From Macrostomum lignano (Eukaryota): a stretch of DNA of 64,000 bases. Below the pieces are notes generated by a model. It made no database searches. It saw only the letters and a program-made list of their open reading frames with translations, and was not told the origin of the DNA. Both the position numbers and the translations under genes were made by a program. The stretch lies in NCBI GenBank assembly GCA_002269645.1, contig NIVC01000415.1, positions 62,001 to 126,000 on the forward strand, in the 5' to 3' direction. Below are positions 35,881 through 48,444 of this stretch, one piece after another. Numbering within the stretch: the stretch's first letter is position 1; every line of letters starts with the position of its first letter.

Positions 35881-36539
35881 CTGCAACCGTCTGGCAGTGG
35901 CAGTTGTAGATAAAAAGCAAAAAATATAGAATTTTAATTAACCCTGACAGAAAATCAGCTTTATTAGGAAGCGAAAAAAAAACCTTTCAAAATAATTGAC
36001 TTGGAATTTTAAATGTTTTACTCTATCATTTATTTCATCCATCATCCATAGCAATCATTCGAATTTTGAATACTGTGATTCTGAATGCGTCTGTAAAAGT
36101 ATGGAAAGCATTGCTTTTGTCAGTGAAGCTGATAGTTGAGAATTGCTATTCACTGCTGCAGCAGCCACTGTCACAGAGTTGATTATCTATCAACTTCGCT
36201 AGCAAAAGAGGTTGTCCCAAAACCTCTCGACATGTCCTCCTATCTAATCAATTCTAAAGGCGAATTTACTCCGTAATTAGTCTCATCCAAGCGATGCTAG
36301 CTATAATGATTATGCAAAGCACCGCTTTTTCCATCTGGCGACATCAAAGAATATTTCCGATACACAGATTTACAATCTTATCCTACCATTAAGCAAGCTA
36401 AATAGAGCCTTCTAATTAATGCGCGTCACGCTACTGCATAATACCATCATAATTGTCAAATTTCCAGGCAAATAAGTACGAGCGCCCGCGGGTGCGCTCA
36501 AAAGTGCTGAGAGACTTGCACAGAAAAACTGTTAGGGAT

Positions 36540-36800
36540 TGGGAGGGCAAGGGGAGGAGGGTGAGGGAGGGCATGGGAGGAGGGTGAGGGAGGGCAAGGG
36601 GAGGAGGGTGAGGGAGAGGGAGGGCAAGGGGAGGAGGGTGAGGGAGGGCAAGAGGAGGAGGGTGAGAGAGGGCAAGGGGAGGAGTGTGAGGGAGGGCAAG
36701 AGGAGGAGGGTGAGGGAGGGCAAGGGGAGGAGGGTGAGGGAGGGCAAGGGGGAGGGTGAGAGGGGGCAAGGGGAGGAGGGTGAGGGAGAGAAAGGGAGGT
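36540..36800 (+). repeat. Purine-rich ~24-bp repeat (GAGGGCAAGGGGAGGAGGGTGAGG), interrupted by the BEL element and continuing at 44994-45050
   Basis: Tandem units visible; similar GAGGAGGGTGAGG sequence resumes right after the 3' LTR. Confidence 0.85.
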
Positions 36801-36805
36801 AGGGG

Positions 36806-37028
36806 TGTCGAAAAATGAGTTGGCCTAGGCTAGCCGCCTATTTCATCTAATTTATTTTCTCTTATTTTTCACTGTACGCACAATGTACGCAGAATGTATA
36901 TCTCCGCCAACACCCCAAAATTCCACATTTGTTAAGTTAGAAAATATAAAAGCTGGATTCTGGGCAGCGACCGCCCTAACTTCGTTTTCTTTATCGCCAG
37001 TCAAAATCAATTATCGGTTTATTTTATA
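36806..37028 (+). repeat. 5' LTR (223 bp, TGTCG...TTTTATA)
   Basis: Matches 44771-44993 except one substitution (CGCAGAATG vs CGCACAATG). Confidence 0.96.
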
Positions 37029-37041
37029 TGGCGCCCGAACA
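37029..37041 (+). promoter_or_regulatory. Primer-binding site TGGCGCCCGAACA, complementary to the 3' end of tRNA-Lys(UUU)
   Basis: Abuts the 5' LTR; the first 13 nt match the known tRNA-Lys3-type PBS TGGCGCCCGAACAGGGAC. Confidence 0.8.
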
Positions 37042-38662
37042 AAAAGTACAACACACAAGTTAAATCTATTGCGGCCTACAGAAGCTCAGGCTAGTGCAAC
37101 TGCACTGAATCTCTACGAGGTAGCACAGCGATATTTCACCAACTGTTGCGTTCTGCACGGAGCTACTATGTTGGCTATCGGCGAAGCGCAGTCGTCGGAA
37201 TAAGCAGAAGCTCGCGGCCTCCGGATTGCTGCAGCGGTGGTCCCATCAACGGTCTTCCAGTCCCTCGGGTTCCACGAGCAACCTTCAGCCAGGCTCTCTC
37301 TGATCGATGTCTAACAGTCAACCGTCCTTGCGTTGATGAGTATCGTAACTGTTTCTCCTTTTACATTACGTTTTTTTGCGCATCTCGTTAACATTATTGA
37401 CAGTTATACGTATCATTAATAGCTGATCGTTAAATTCTTCAAATTTTGGAATTTAGAGTTTCTCTTACCAAATTTGCTCGTATTTTTTTGCTTTTTTGCA
37501 TTCGCTTGTCTTCGTGTTCACTCGTAGTGTTAGCCTGCAGTCTGCTTCTTTTTTTGGGCTGGCCGTCTTCAAGTTCTCAGTGTCGGGAGTTCTTGGCTTT
37601 AGCAGCATCTCCCAATTCAAGTCGTCATGGTTCTCAGTGAAGACGAGCTATCTTCAGCAGTCAGGAAGCGTGCAGGTATCCGCGCGGCGATCACGAAGGC
37701 TGTTGGAAAAGCTGACCATCTTCTCTCCGTGGATATTGGTCGAGCTGCGAATCGTGCGGATGCGGAGGCAATTGTGCAGATTCTGAAGTCGAAATTGACG
37801 GCAGTGCAAGCATTGGATGAAGCCATAGAGGAGTCTGTCGCTGAGGAGGGGCTGGATGCTGAGGTGGAAGAGAATCAAGCTTATACGATGAAGTGTATCA
37901 GCTGCATCAAGATGCTGGAAGCAGCTTTCAAGAGTCAACAATCGCCGGAGGAGTCAGCGGCCAAAAGTCGTTCCGTAGAGTCCGGGTCACAGATCAAGCT
38001 TCCCAAGAGGCAAATTCCGACATTCACGGGGGAGATTTCGGCGTGGCCATCATTTTGGGATCAGTTTGACTCTTCCATACATCGCAACTCTAGCCTGTCA
38101 GATATAGACAAGTTCAACTATCTCGTCAGCTCTCTGTCCGACTCAGTTAAGGCAAGCATTCGAGGCCTGTCAGTCACGGCGGCCAATTATTCAATAGCCT
38201 TAGATATTTTGCGAGAGCGCTACGGAAAGAAAGAAATCATAGTCAAGGACTTAATGCACAAGATATCCGAACTTCGTCTTCAAGACTCATCTCTAAAGTG
38301 TCTTCAGCAGTTTCACGACGACATTACTGCCAGCATGCGCAGCCTGGCGACTCAGGGTGTTGCCGCGGAATCGTATCAGTGTCTGCTGGTGCCAGGTGCC
38401 CTGCTACATTTCGACTCGACCTGATTCGGTCAGCTCAACTTCAGGGACAGACTATTGACACGCTTGACAGTTTTCTGTGTTTTCTGAAGAATGAAATTTC
38501 TGTGCGGGAGTCCGCTGGATCGCAGCTCAGCCACAAGTCAACTTCACAAGCATCTTATTCAGAGTCAAAGCAAGCTTCAAACTCATCAATGTCAATGGCA
38601 TCAACACTGGTAGCGGTGCAACCGAAAGCACCAGACACTACGAACAAAATGTTTTGCACCTA

Positions 38663-40009
38663 CGAGGTGTATCCCAAAAGTAAGTTTCGGTCAGCTGCCA
38701 ACAGTGAGCAATTAGTTTTAAAAAAAGGTAAACTTTGTCAAACCACAACTTAAAGTATTTGTCACTCCACAAATCGGCCGCCAAGCTCAACGCACTTTTC
38801 CCAGCGACGCACCCACGCTTCAAAGGCGGGCCTGCAGCCGGCGATCGCCAGATGTCGGAGAGCTGATGAAGCGCTGTTGTTCACCTGCTCCTCAGATCCG
38901 AAACGCTGGCCACGAAGGCTCTCTTTCATCTTCGGGAACAGATAGAAGTCTGCCGGAGCCAAATCAGGCGAGTAGCGCGGGTGGCGGAGAATTTCCCAGT
39001 TCCACGAGCCGAGCAGCTCTTCAACCCGTCTGGCCCGATGCACCGGGGCGTTGTCGTGATGGAATATGACGCCTCTCTCCAGAAGGCCCGGCCGCTTTTT
39101 CCTTATCGCTGGTCGCAGTTTCTCTTGAATCACCCATCGATAGTACTCAGCATTCACTTTGGTACCCATAGGCACAGGCCAGTCCAGAATGATCCCGTCA
39201 ATGTCAAAAAAATGATGTGCATCACATTCAATGAGCCTTGCTTGCGTCGCACCTTCTCGGGACTCGCCGATCCTATCGGAAGCCACTGCGCTGACTGCCG
39301 CTTCAGCTCTGGGTCCCATTCGTAGACCCACGTCTCGTCTCCAGTCACTATTCTACCGAGAAATCCGTCGCCTTCACGACGAACCCGACGGAGGCAGTCC
39401 CGGGACACCACCACCCGCTCCTCCATCTGCTCGTCAGTCAGCAGGTGTGGCACCCATTTGGCGAAAAGCTTTTGCAGGCCTAAATTCTCGGTCAGAATGC
39501 GGTGCACAGTGCTGTGGGGAATGCCGAGGAGTTCCTCCAGCTCACTGCATGTCCTTCTGTTGTCTTCACTCACAGAAGCCATCACGCGATCAGCATTGGA
39601 ATCTGTTGTCGCAGTTCTTGGTCGTCCAGAACGCTCTTTGTCCTCCATGCAGTCCCGTCCTTCTTGAATTTCTCGCACCCACTTCCTGACCGTTTGAATG
39701 AATGGTGCAGCTTCTCCTAGGACTCTCACGAGTTCTTGATGAATCTCTGGTGTCGATTTTCCAGACAGCACAGAAAACTTGATGATGCTTCGAACGTCAT
39801 AGCGAGAGAACGAGCTGGACGCGGCCATCGTTGCAAAGGGTTGTGTGCTTGGGTTGCAGTCATGCAGCTCGAGAACAAGCTAGGACTTAGCGACTTGTTT
39901 AGGGTTGGAACATAGACAAAAAAGAAAGCAACAACGTACGTGGCACTTAGCTGAGCCTCTTGGGTGCCGAGTTACATATGAGGGAAACTTACTTTTGGGA
40001 TACACCTCG
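38663..40009 (-). mobile_element. Mariner (Tc1/mariner, DD34D) DNA transposon, 1347 bp, nested antisense in BEL gag
   Basis: 26-bp perfect TIRs CGAGGTGTATCCCAAAAGTAAGTTTC (38663-38688 / 39984-40009) and TA duplication (38661-38662 / 40010-40011). Confidence 0.97.
38762..39828 (-). pseudogene. Mariner transposase with a single -1 frameshift in a T7 run near 39206-39212
   Basis: N-terminal HTH region, KWVPHLL, TGDETW, HHDNAPVH, YSPDLAPADF (34 residues between the 2nd and 3rd Asp). One extra T in the homopolymer joins ORF 39154..39828 to ORF 38762..39331 (HIIFFDIDG). Confidence 0.92.
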
Positions 40010-43000
40010 TATTGCAAAGCTTCGCATTATTCGGAAAATTGCATGGAGTTTCCGACCGTTGAAAGGCGTAGACAATTTCTGGCGAGGGAGAAGCGGTGCT
40101 TCAAGTGCCTGCGGCCTGGTCACATGGTTCAACAGTGTCGCGATCCGCGGAAGTGCCGTGATTGGCGGCAAGCATCATGTAAGCATCTGTGCTCAAGGCG
40201 CATCTCGTCAAAAATCTCCACCTAAGGTGAACGCCACAACGGCTTCTGGTGGCGCACAAGACAGCAAGGGTTCCTCCGGCTCAAAAACTCGATCTCAGTG
40301 TCTCACAGTTACGGCCGACGATGAGGCCTCTCGTTCACCTCCTTCGTCTTCAGACTTGCATGGCTCGGAAACAAGGACCACGTCATCACAGTTGGAAGCC
40401 AGCTCGCTCGTCATGTCAATGTTTATCGCTGGAAATCCCTCGGTAGCGCTACCAGTTGCCAAAGCTATTCTCTTGAGCGCCGACGGTCGCAGAGAAATGA
40501 TGGTGCGCGTCCTTCTCGACACAGCAAGTAATCGGAGTTATATTCGAAAGGATGTTTGTGAGGCTATGGCTTTTGGTGCAGAAACGACTGAAAAGCTGAG
40601 TGTCTCAACCTTCTCTGGCCTCAGCACAGACATTCAATCGGGCTGTGTAGGGTTTTCGTTGCGCAAACTCGATTCCTTTGAGACAGTTGAACTCCAGGCA
40701 AACATTGTTGAGACTATTTGTCAACCACAGCGATCTGCGAGGGTCAATGAATTCGAACATCTATCCGGCTTGGATCTGGCCGATCCGTATGACCCACGCG
40801 ACGGACATACTCCGATTTCGATACTGATTGGATCAGATTTCTTCTATCAAATCGTCGGCGACGAAGTTATTCGTGGATCCCATGGTCCCGTTGCGATTTC
40901 TTCAAAACTTGGTTATGTGCTCTGCGGACCATTGACGCTTAGTATCTCGAAGTGCGATTCGGAACGATCATCGGAGTTACAAAGGGTCCAGGAGGTCGAC
41001 TGCGCGAATACAGCAACATTTTGCTGCTTTGTCGATGGCAAAATGTCTGTCTCGAAGTCCTTAAATGATGATTTCACTTCTCTTTGGAGGTTGGACTCAA
41101 TCGGGATTCTAGATGACCCACAACCTGTTTCGTCCGACGTCTTCCCTTGCAACCCGCAGCTGCATGATGGACGATATTCTGTGCAGTTGCCTTGGCGTTT
41201 CTCCAAGGAGATGATTAGCCTGCGTGACCATTTCGATCTAGCGACAACTCGGCTAAAGGCGAGCATTCGACATCTTCAGCGTAATCCAGCACAAATAGCG
41301 CAGTGTGACGCTATTCTTTCCGAACAAGAAGAGCTCGGCATCATCGAGAAAGTTCCAGTCGACGGCACCGACGAGTCGCCGAATATCATTCATTATCTAC
41401 CACACAGCTGCGTCACAAAAAAGGATAGCGAACACACGAAGCTACGCATGGTTTTTGACGGTTCAGCAAAGTCGGACAGCACAGACTTCTCTATCAACGA
41501 CTTTCTGCTGACGGGGCCTACGTGTTTTCCACTGATTCCCCAGATTCTTCTTCGCTTTCGCCTCAAGTCGGTAGCTGTACTCGCAGACATTGAAAAAGCG
41601 TTCCTTCAAATCGGTATTGACTCGCGTGATCGAGACGCTCTTCGGTTCTTGTGGACAGAATTGACGCCTGACGAGCCCTACAAAGTCGTACATTATAGAT
41701 TCTGTCGAGTACCTTTTGGCCTAACTTGCTCACCAGCGATTCTACGAGCTACCATATTGCGACACCTTGAACTGCATCAAGACGATGCTCCGACAGTTGT
41801 AAACATCTTGAAGACTAGCCTGTACGTGGACAATTTAGTCACTTGTTGCGATTCGGATGACGAAGCCGGCGAGTTGTACGCTCAGACGAAGCGCATTTTT
41901 GCGGGAGCGGGCATGAACATGCGGCAGTGGCAGTCAAATTCCAAGGATTTCATGAAATCGCTTCCTGTAGCGGATGTCGGTAAAGCAAACAAAGTTCTTG
42001 GCCTTGCTTCGGAACCGGATGAAGACATTTTTCGGCTTGAGTTCACAGCAGTGCTTGATTCTGTCACAGGCCAGCGGTACTCTAAGAGAATGATGCTTTC
42101 AATTTTTTCAAAGCTGTTTGACCCACTTGGGTTCCTAACACCGGCAGTGACGCTGGTCAAAGCATGGTTTCAACAGCTTTGAAAGTCCCGTGGGACGATG
42201 ATCTTCCAAGTGAGATGGCAGCAAAATGGACCCGCTGGTTGGATTCACTCAAGACGTTGAATCTGAAACTTCATCGTTGTGTCGTGCCTCAACAATGGCA
42301 ATCAAGTCGCATTGAAATGCAATTGCACGGTTTTTCTGACGCTAGTGAACGAGCATATGCTGCTGTCGTGTACCTTAGGGTTATCGATCATGAGCGTCAG
42401 GATGCTTCTGCTCATCTTCTCATCGCTAAGGCCCGAGTGGCGCCTGTCGTGTCCATCAGCATTGCTCGGTTGGAGTTGCTTGGAGCATTAATCCTAGCTC
42501 GTTTAATGGATTTCGTCTCAATTCAACTTCCGGGTCTTAAGCGTCGACTGTGGACAGACAGCATGACTACACTGCAGTGGATCACGTGTGAGTCTAAGCT
42601 ACGCCAAGTCTTTGTGCAAAATCGGGTCAGTGAAATTCGACGGTTGACAGAGACTCAGGAATGGCACCACGTGTCAGGGGAGACGAACCCGGCCGACCTG
42701 CCATCGCGAGGATGCTTGCCAGAGCAATTGGTTTGTGACGCGACATGGTTTATCGGTCCGGAATTTCTTCGAAGATATGACACGGGAGATGCAACCCCGG
42801 CGGCAGTCTACAGTGAACCAGAACACAACGAAACGACGACTGTGATGACCGTGGAGTGTACCGATTCTTCTTCACCTTCTCTGCTCAAAGTGATTCAGAT
42901 TTCAAGATTTTCTTCATGGACCAAGCTCACTCGAGTGGTTGGTTGGGTCTTGCGATTTGTCAGCATCTTGCGCCACCGGATAGTTAAACGACCATCTTTG

Positions 43001-44762
43001 TTAACGGCTACGGAAGTATTACAGGCAGAACAGTCAGTGCTGCGAGCCGTACAGTGCGACTCATTGTCGAACGAAATTTCGTGCCTCAGCGGTTCTGGAC
43101 CTCGCACGCCGTTAGTGCGCGATCTCAAATTGTTCCTTGATCCTACTGGATTAGTTCGGTCAGCGGGTCGTCTGCAGGGCGCCGTGCCCTTCGACACCAA
43201 CAATCCAGTGCTGATTCCCTCGAAGCATCCGCTCGAAACCCTGCTTGTCCGTCATTGCCATGCGACTGTGATGCATTCTGGGGTTGTGGCAACAATATGC
43301 AAGCTTCGTGAACGGTATTGGATTTTAAAGGCGAGACAGCGCGTGAAGCAGTTACTGGCGGGGTGTGTTGTCTGCAAGAAGTTTCAAGGTCGACCGTTTT
43401 CCGTGAGTGCTGTTCCGCAGCTTCCATCCTTCCGTTTGTCAACCGTTCGTGCTTTTCGTACCGTAGGACTGGATTATGCTGGTCCGATATTCTATCGGAC
43501 GGGGGAGGGTGGTGAGAGCAAAAAGGCGTACATCCTGCTCTTCACTTGCTCAGCAACTCGAGCCGTTCACCTGGAAGTTGTTTCGAGTATGGACAGCGAA
43601 CAGCTTCTGCATGCACTGCGTCGGTTCGTGGCTCGACGGGGCATTCCCTCCATCGTCAGTGACAATGCACGGACATTTCGGTCAGGCGCCAAACTGATCG
43701 GCGCTAGTATCTCAGAAGAGCTGCAGTCGTTCTGTTCCTCGAAGAAGATTTGTTGGCATTTTGTGCCCGAGCGAGCCCCGTGGTGGGGAGGCTACTGGGA
43801 AAGGCTGATTGGAATCGTGAAGATGGCACTAAAAAAGGCTGCAGGTCGACAGCTGTTTACCTACGACCAGTTGATCACTCTAACTGTGGAAGTGGAAGCT
43901 GTGGTTAACTGTCGGCCGCTGTTGTATGTACCTTCGGATTCAGGCGACGGTATGGAGGTCATCACACCGTCCCATTTCATTGCAGCTAGTCGTCTCAGCC
44001 AAGAACCGGAAGATATCGACGATGAGGCGGACTCCGTTCTACCGCTTCCGAAACGGCTCAGAATGCTTAGAGCAGCTCTGGATTGGTTTTGGAACCAATG
44101 GAAGACGTCCTACTTGGAGTCTCTGCGCGAGAAAGCCCTAAAGGATCAACCTAACCACCGCCCACCAAATGTTGGTGAAGTAGTTCTTCTGGCAGGTGAA
44201 GCTCGACAACCAAGACTCAAGTGGAAATTGGGTATTGTCGAGGAAGTTCGTCCTGGCCGTGATGGTGCTATCCGGTCGGTTCTTCTTCGCGTTGCGGGTG
44301 CTGGGAGTTCTCGGCGCTGGGAACGGGTGAGACGGCCAGTCCAGTCGTTAATTCCTTTAGAGGTTCAATCCTAAGACCGTTATTTTTTTGTCCTTTCCCA
44401 CGACTCTCGAATTCGTTTGCTAACTTTTTTGACAGCCTCTCGCAAAATTTTGTAATGGGAAAAGGTTTGTTTTCTGTTTTTGAGATAATGCTCTTGGTGG
44501 TGGACGATGTTACGCGTCATTATTCGTCATTTTTCCATTTTACGTCGTAATATATTTTTTTCCTCATCTATCATGCTCACATACGCTTAAACTTGGCTCT
44601 AACGGTTTTCTGTTCTCTGCTGACTGTTTCACTTACAACAACAAACCAGTCCTTGTCTGTTAGGCTAAGATTTTTTTCCTTTTTCATTGTTTTTTTTGCA
44701 ACAAGTTCGAACGTAATATAGTTTTGCTGCTCCGAATTTAAAAATCAAATGATAAATCATTT

Positions 44763-44770
44763 GGGGGGAG
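44763..44770 (+). promoter_or_regulatory. Polypurine tract (GGGGGGAG) of the BEL element
   Basis: Immediately precedes the TG of the 3' LTR. Confidence 0.85.
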
Positions 44771-44993
44771 TGTCGAAAAATGAGTTGGCCTAGGCTAGCC
44801 GCCTATTTCATCTAATTTATTTTCTCTTATTTTTCACTGTACGCACAATGTACGCACAATGTATATCTCCGCCAACACCCCAAAATTCCACATTTGTTAA
44901 GTTAGAAAATATAAAAGCTGGATTCTGGGCAGCGACCGCCCTAACTTCGTTTTCTTTATCGCCAGTCAAAATCAATTATCGGTTTATTTTATA
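44771..44993 (+). repeat. 3' LTR (223 bp)
   Basis: Near-identical to 36806-37028 and followed by the TSD AGGGG. Confidence 0.96.
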
Positions 44994-45556
44994 AGGGGGT
45001 TGAGGGATGGCAATGGAGGAGGATAGAAGAGGAGGGTGAGGAAGAGCTTCCATTTTCGCAATACTTGCTGTTTTCGCGTGCTTAATGCAAGTAAAAGGAT
45101 CTTAAAATCTGTAAAATACGCTCAAGCACACTCCATACAAAATTCTGAAATATTGCACCAAAAACTGTGTGCGTGCGGAAAAACTGATTCTTCAATTTTC
45201 TCTAAGTAAAAATTGGTACTTAGCGAATTTCGCTTGGACTCAGATCAGACACAAAATAAGAAGCTCATCTGCTATACAGCTGCTATGAGGTGGATGGAGC
45301 TTCGTATAATCCAATAGAAGCCCTTTTACAAGAGCAATCTGTCAGCCAGAAGTACTGAGACTCCACTATAAAAAGCACTTCTTTTCGATTAGGTTCTTAT
45401 TATTTCTATCTCCAAAGTTAAAGTTCTATCCCCAAAAGGAAATTAAAAGTGCAGTAATAGATCCTAACAAATTGGTGTCTGTGACGGAGTGAGTTTTTCA
45501 TTATTTTTTGCTAACTGAACTCCTTAAATCCTATCAAATCTCCCCTATTTCCACAG

Positions 45557-45960
45557 GCAGCCTTTATCATTCTTATCTCTCTCAGATCTACAGGTAAGCC
45601 TTAATCATCCCTCTTATCTCTCTCACATCTACAGGTAAGCCTTAATCATTCCTATTATCTTTCTCAGATCTACAGGTAAGCCTTAATCATCCCCCTTATC
45701 TCTCTCACATCTACAGGTTAGCCTTAATCATCCCCCTTATCACTCTTATATCTACAGGTAAGCACTAACCATCCCTCTTATCTCTCTCACATCTACAAGT
45801 AAGCATTAATCATGCCCTTATCACTCTCATATCTACAGGTAAGCACTAATCATCCCCCTTATCTCTCTCACATCTACAGGTAAGTCTTAATCATCCCTCT
45901 TATCTCTCTCACATCTACAGGTAGCCTTAATCATGCCTCTTATCTCTCTCCCTCATTTAC
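45557..45960 (+). repeat. 41-bp minisatellite with an intron-shaped unit (GTAAGCCTTAATCATCCCTCTTATCTCTCTCACATCTACAG)
   Basis: About 10 units, starting at 45557 (degenerate), 45594, 45635, 45676, 45717, 45758, 45799, 45839, 45880 and 45921. Confidence 0.93.
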
Positions 45961-46984
45961 CCTCACCTGTAGTAGTACAAAATAAATAATTATGCCCTAT
46001 CATAATTTAACAGAACAGGTGACAACGACTCATTCTGGCACAATGACTACTCAAAGCCATTCGATGAACCTGAGCTCAGAAGACAGGTGAGTACAGACAA
46101 TGTGAAACGCTACGCCATCTCTCTCCCTACTCGCTACTCACATTAGTTAGAGTAGTAGTGCAGTGGGGATTTTTATCGGTTGAGATTCGTCAAAATTTGT
46201 TTGGAATTCTCGCAACCAGGAGTGCAGGCGTAAGGTGCTTCATCAGCGAGTCACCGGAGATTGTCAGCCATTATTCTGGGAGCTCATTTCTTCAGCTTGA
46301 ATTCGATTCTTGGATGAGAACTTCTCGTTGTCATTCTTCGCGACTCCATATATATCTTCCTGCAGCTCGCCTCTCTCGTACCTTTCTCCACTCTATTCTC
46401 CCCTCTGTACTCTCTCTACTACCCTCTCTACTTCCTTTCTCTACTGCCCCTTTCTACTGCCCTCTCTACTACCCCTCTCTACTACCCCTCTCTACTACCC
46501 GTCTCATCAACCCCTCTCTACTAATCCCTTCCTCTCTCATACTCTCTCCGTCTCTCATCTCTACTCCACTCACTTTCTCACTCATTCGCATTAAAATGTG
46601 GCGTACCTGTCTGTCTATTTGCTTTCCTATTCCATTACGCCATTTTCTATTCATATTTCGCATGCTACGAGTACACAACCCCCATCATATCTTCCCTTGC
46701 CCACCAAAGAAGCTGCGCTGAAAAAAAAGCAATTGTTCCCCTGTTTGCAATCAGCAGAACCCCAAAAAAGACAGGGATGAAAATGTAAGAAGAGAAATGG
46801 GAATTTTCAATCTACCTGCCGGAACTGTTTACTTGGCTCAGTTTCTATAGGAAATGTTTTTTTCACTTTTTGTGAAACTTGCTGTACTTTAATAAAAATT
46901 GATGCATTTGCCTACAGTAAATATTGTCACCAAAAGGGTAAGTAAAGCAAACAATCCGAAATTGCAATTAGCGAAAAATATTTT

Positions 46985-47192
46985 GGTGCCAAAACTGGCA
47001 TCTGTGGTGCCAAAATATGCATCTGTGGAGCCAAAAATGGGCCTACTTGTGGCGCCAAGCTGCAAACCTGTGGCGCCAAAATGCAAACCTGTGGCGCCAA
47101 AATGCAAACTTGTGGCGCCAAAATGCAAACCTGTGGCGCCAAAATGCAAACTTGTGGCGCCAAAATGCAAACCTGTGGCGCCAAAATGCAAA
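46985..47192 (+). repeat. 21-bp minisatellite (TGTGGCGCCAAAATGCAAACC) followed by a 13-bp hairpin (47195-47207 / 47223-47235)
   Basis: About 7 good units plus degenerate flanks; CGTAGCTCCATGT / ACATGGAGCTACG with a 15-nt loop. Confidence 0.9.
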
Positions 47193-47506
47193 ACCGTAGC
47201 TCCATGTGTCTGTAGTTATCGAACATGGAGCTACGTTGGTAAGGCAGTCCAACAAGTGCGTGGAGCAACCAGTGCAGCGACTTGTGGATTTCTCTATCCA
47301 ATCATTGCCATCTTCGGCTGCTGGAAAATTGCCTAATAGCCTCTTCGTATTGCTTAGGTGTCTTCTACTCTGCTCCTAAAATCAACTTAGTTCAGCCGGC
47401 GCCATTGCGAGACCTCATTTCGGCCTGCCGTAGTTGGGACCCAATCTCCATTCTCACTAATGTGCCAATTTCACAGATGACAGAACTTGCTCGCCATGTC
47501 TGCGGC

Positions 47507-48444
<938 letters not shown>

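Larger units (their letters stand above)
37627..44374 (+). pseudogene. BEL/Pao gag-pol polyprotein, disrupted by the mariner (38663-40009) and frameshifts near 38400, 40160 and 42180
   Basis: Pieced together from ORFs 37627, 38298, 39905/39960 and 42164. Removing the mariner and one TA restores KMFCTYCKASHYSENC in frame. Confidence 0.9.
36806..44993 (+). mobile_element. BEL/Pao-family LTR retrotransposon (8188 bp including the nested mariner)
   Basis: Two 223-bp LTRs, 5-bp TSD AGGGG (36801-36805 / 44994-44998), PBS, PPT. Domain order Gag (PKRQIPTFTGE..WPSFWDQF, DUF1759-like; three Cys/His knuckles) - protease (LLDTAS) - RT (ADIEKAFLQI, RVPFGL, YVDN) - RNase H (LHGFSDAS, ARLELLGA, NPADLPSRG) - integrase (GLDYAGP, SDNA, WGGYWERL..VK, RRPVQSLIPLEV) is diagnostic of BEL/Pao. 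Confidence 0.97.

Noticed and set aside
36431-36510. Minus-strand segment TFERTRGRSYLFAWKFDNYDGIMQ* as a terminal exon of a gene spanning the BEL element
   Set aside because: An acceptor is present, but I could not link it to upstream exons; candidates at 46.3, 49.7, 50.8 and 52.6 kb lack coherent splice sites or homology.
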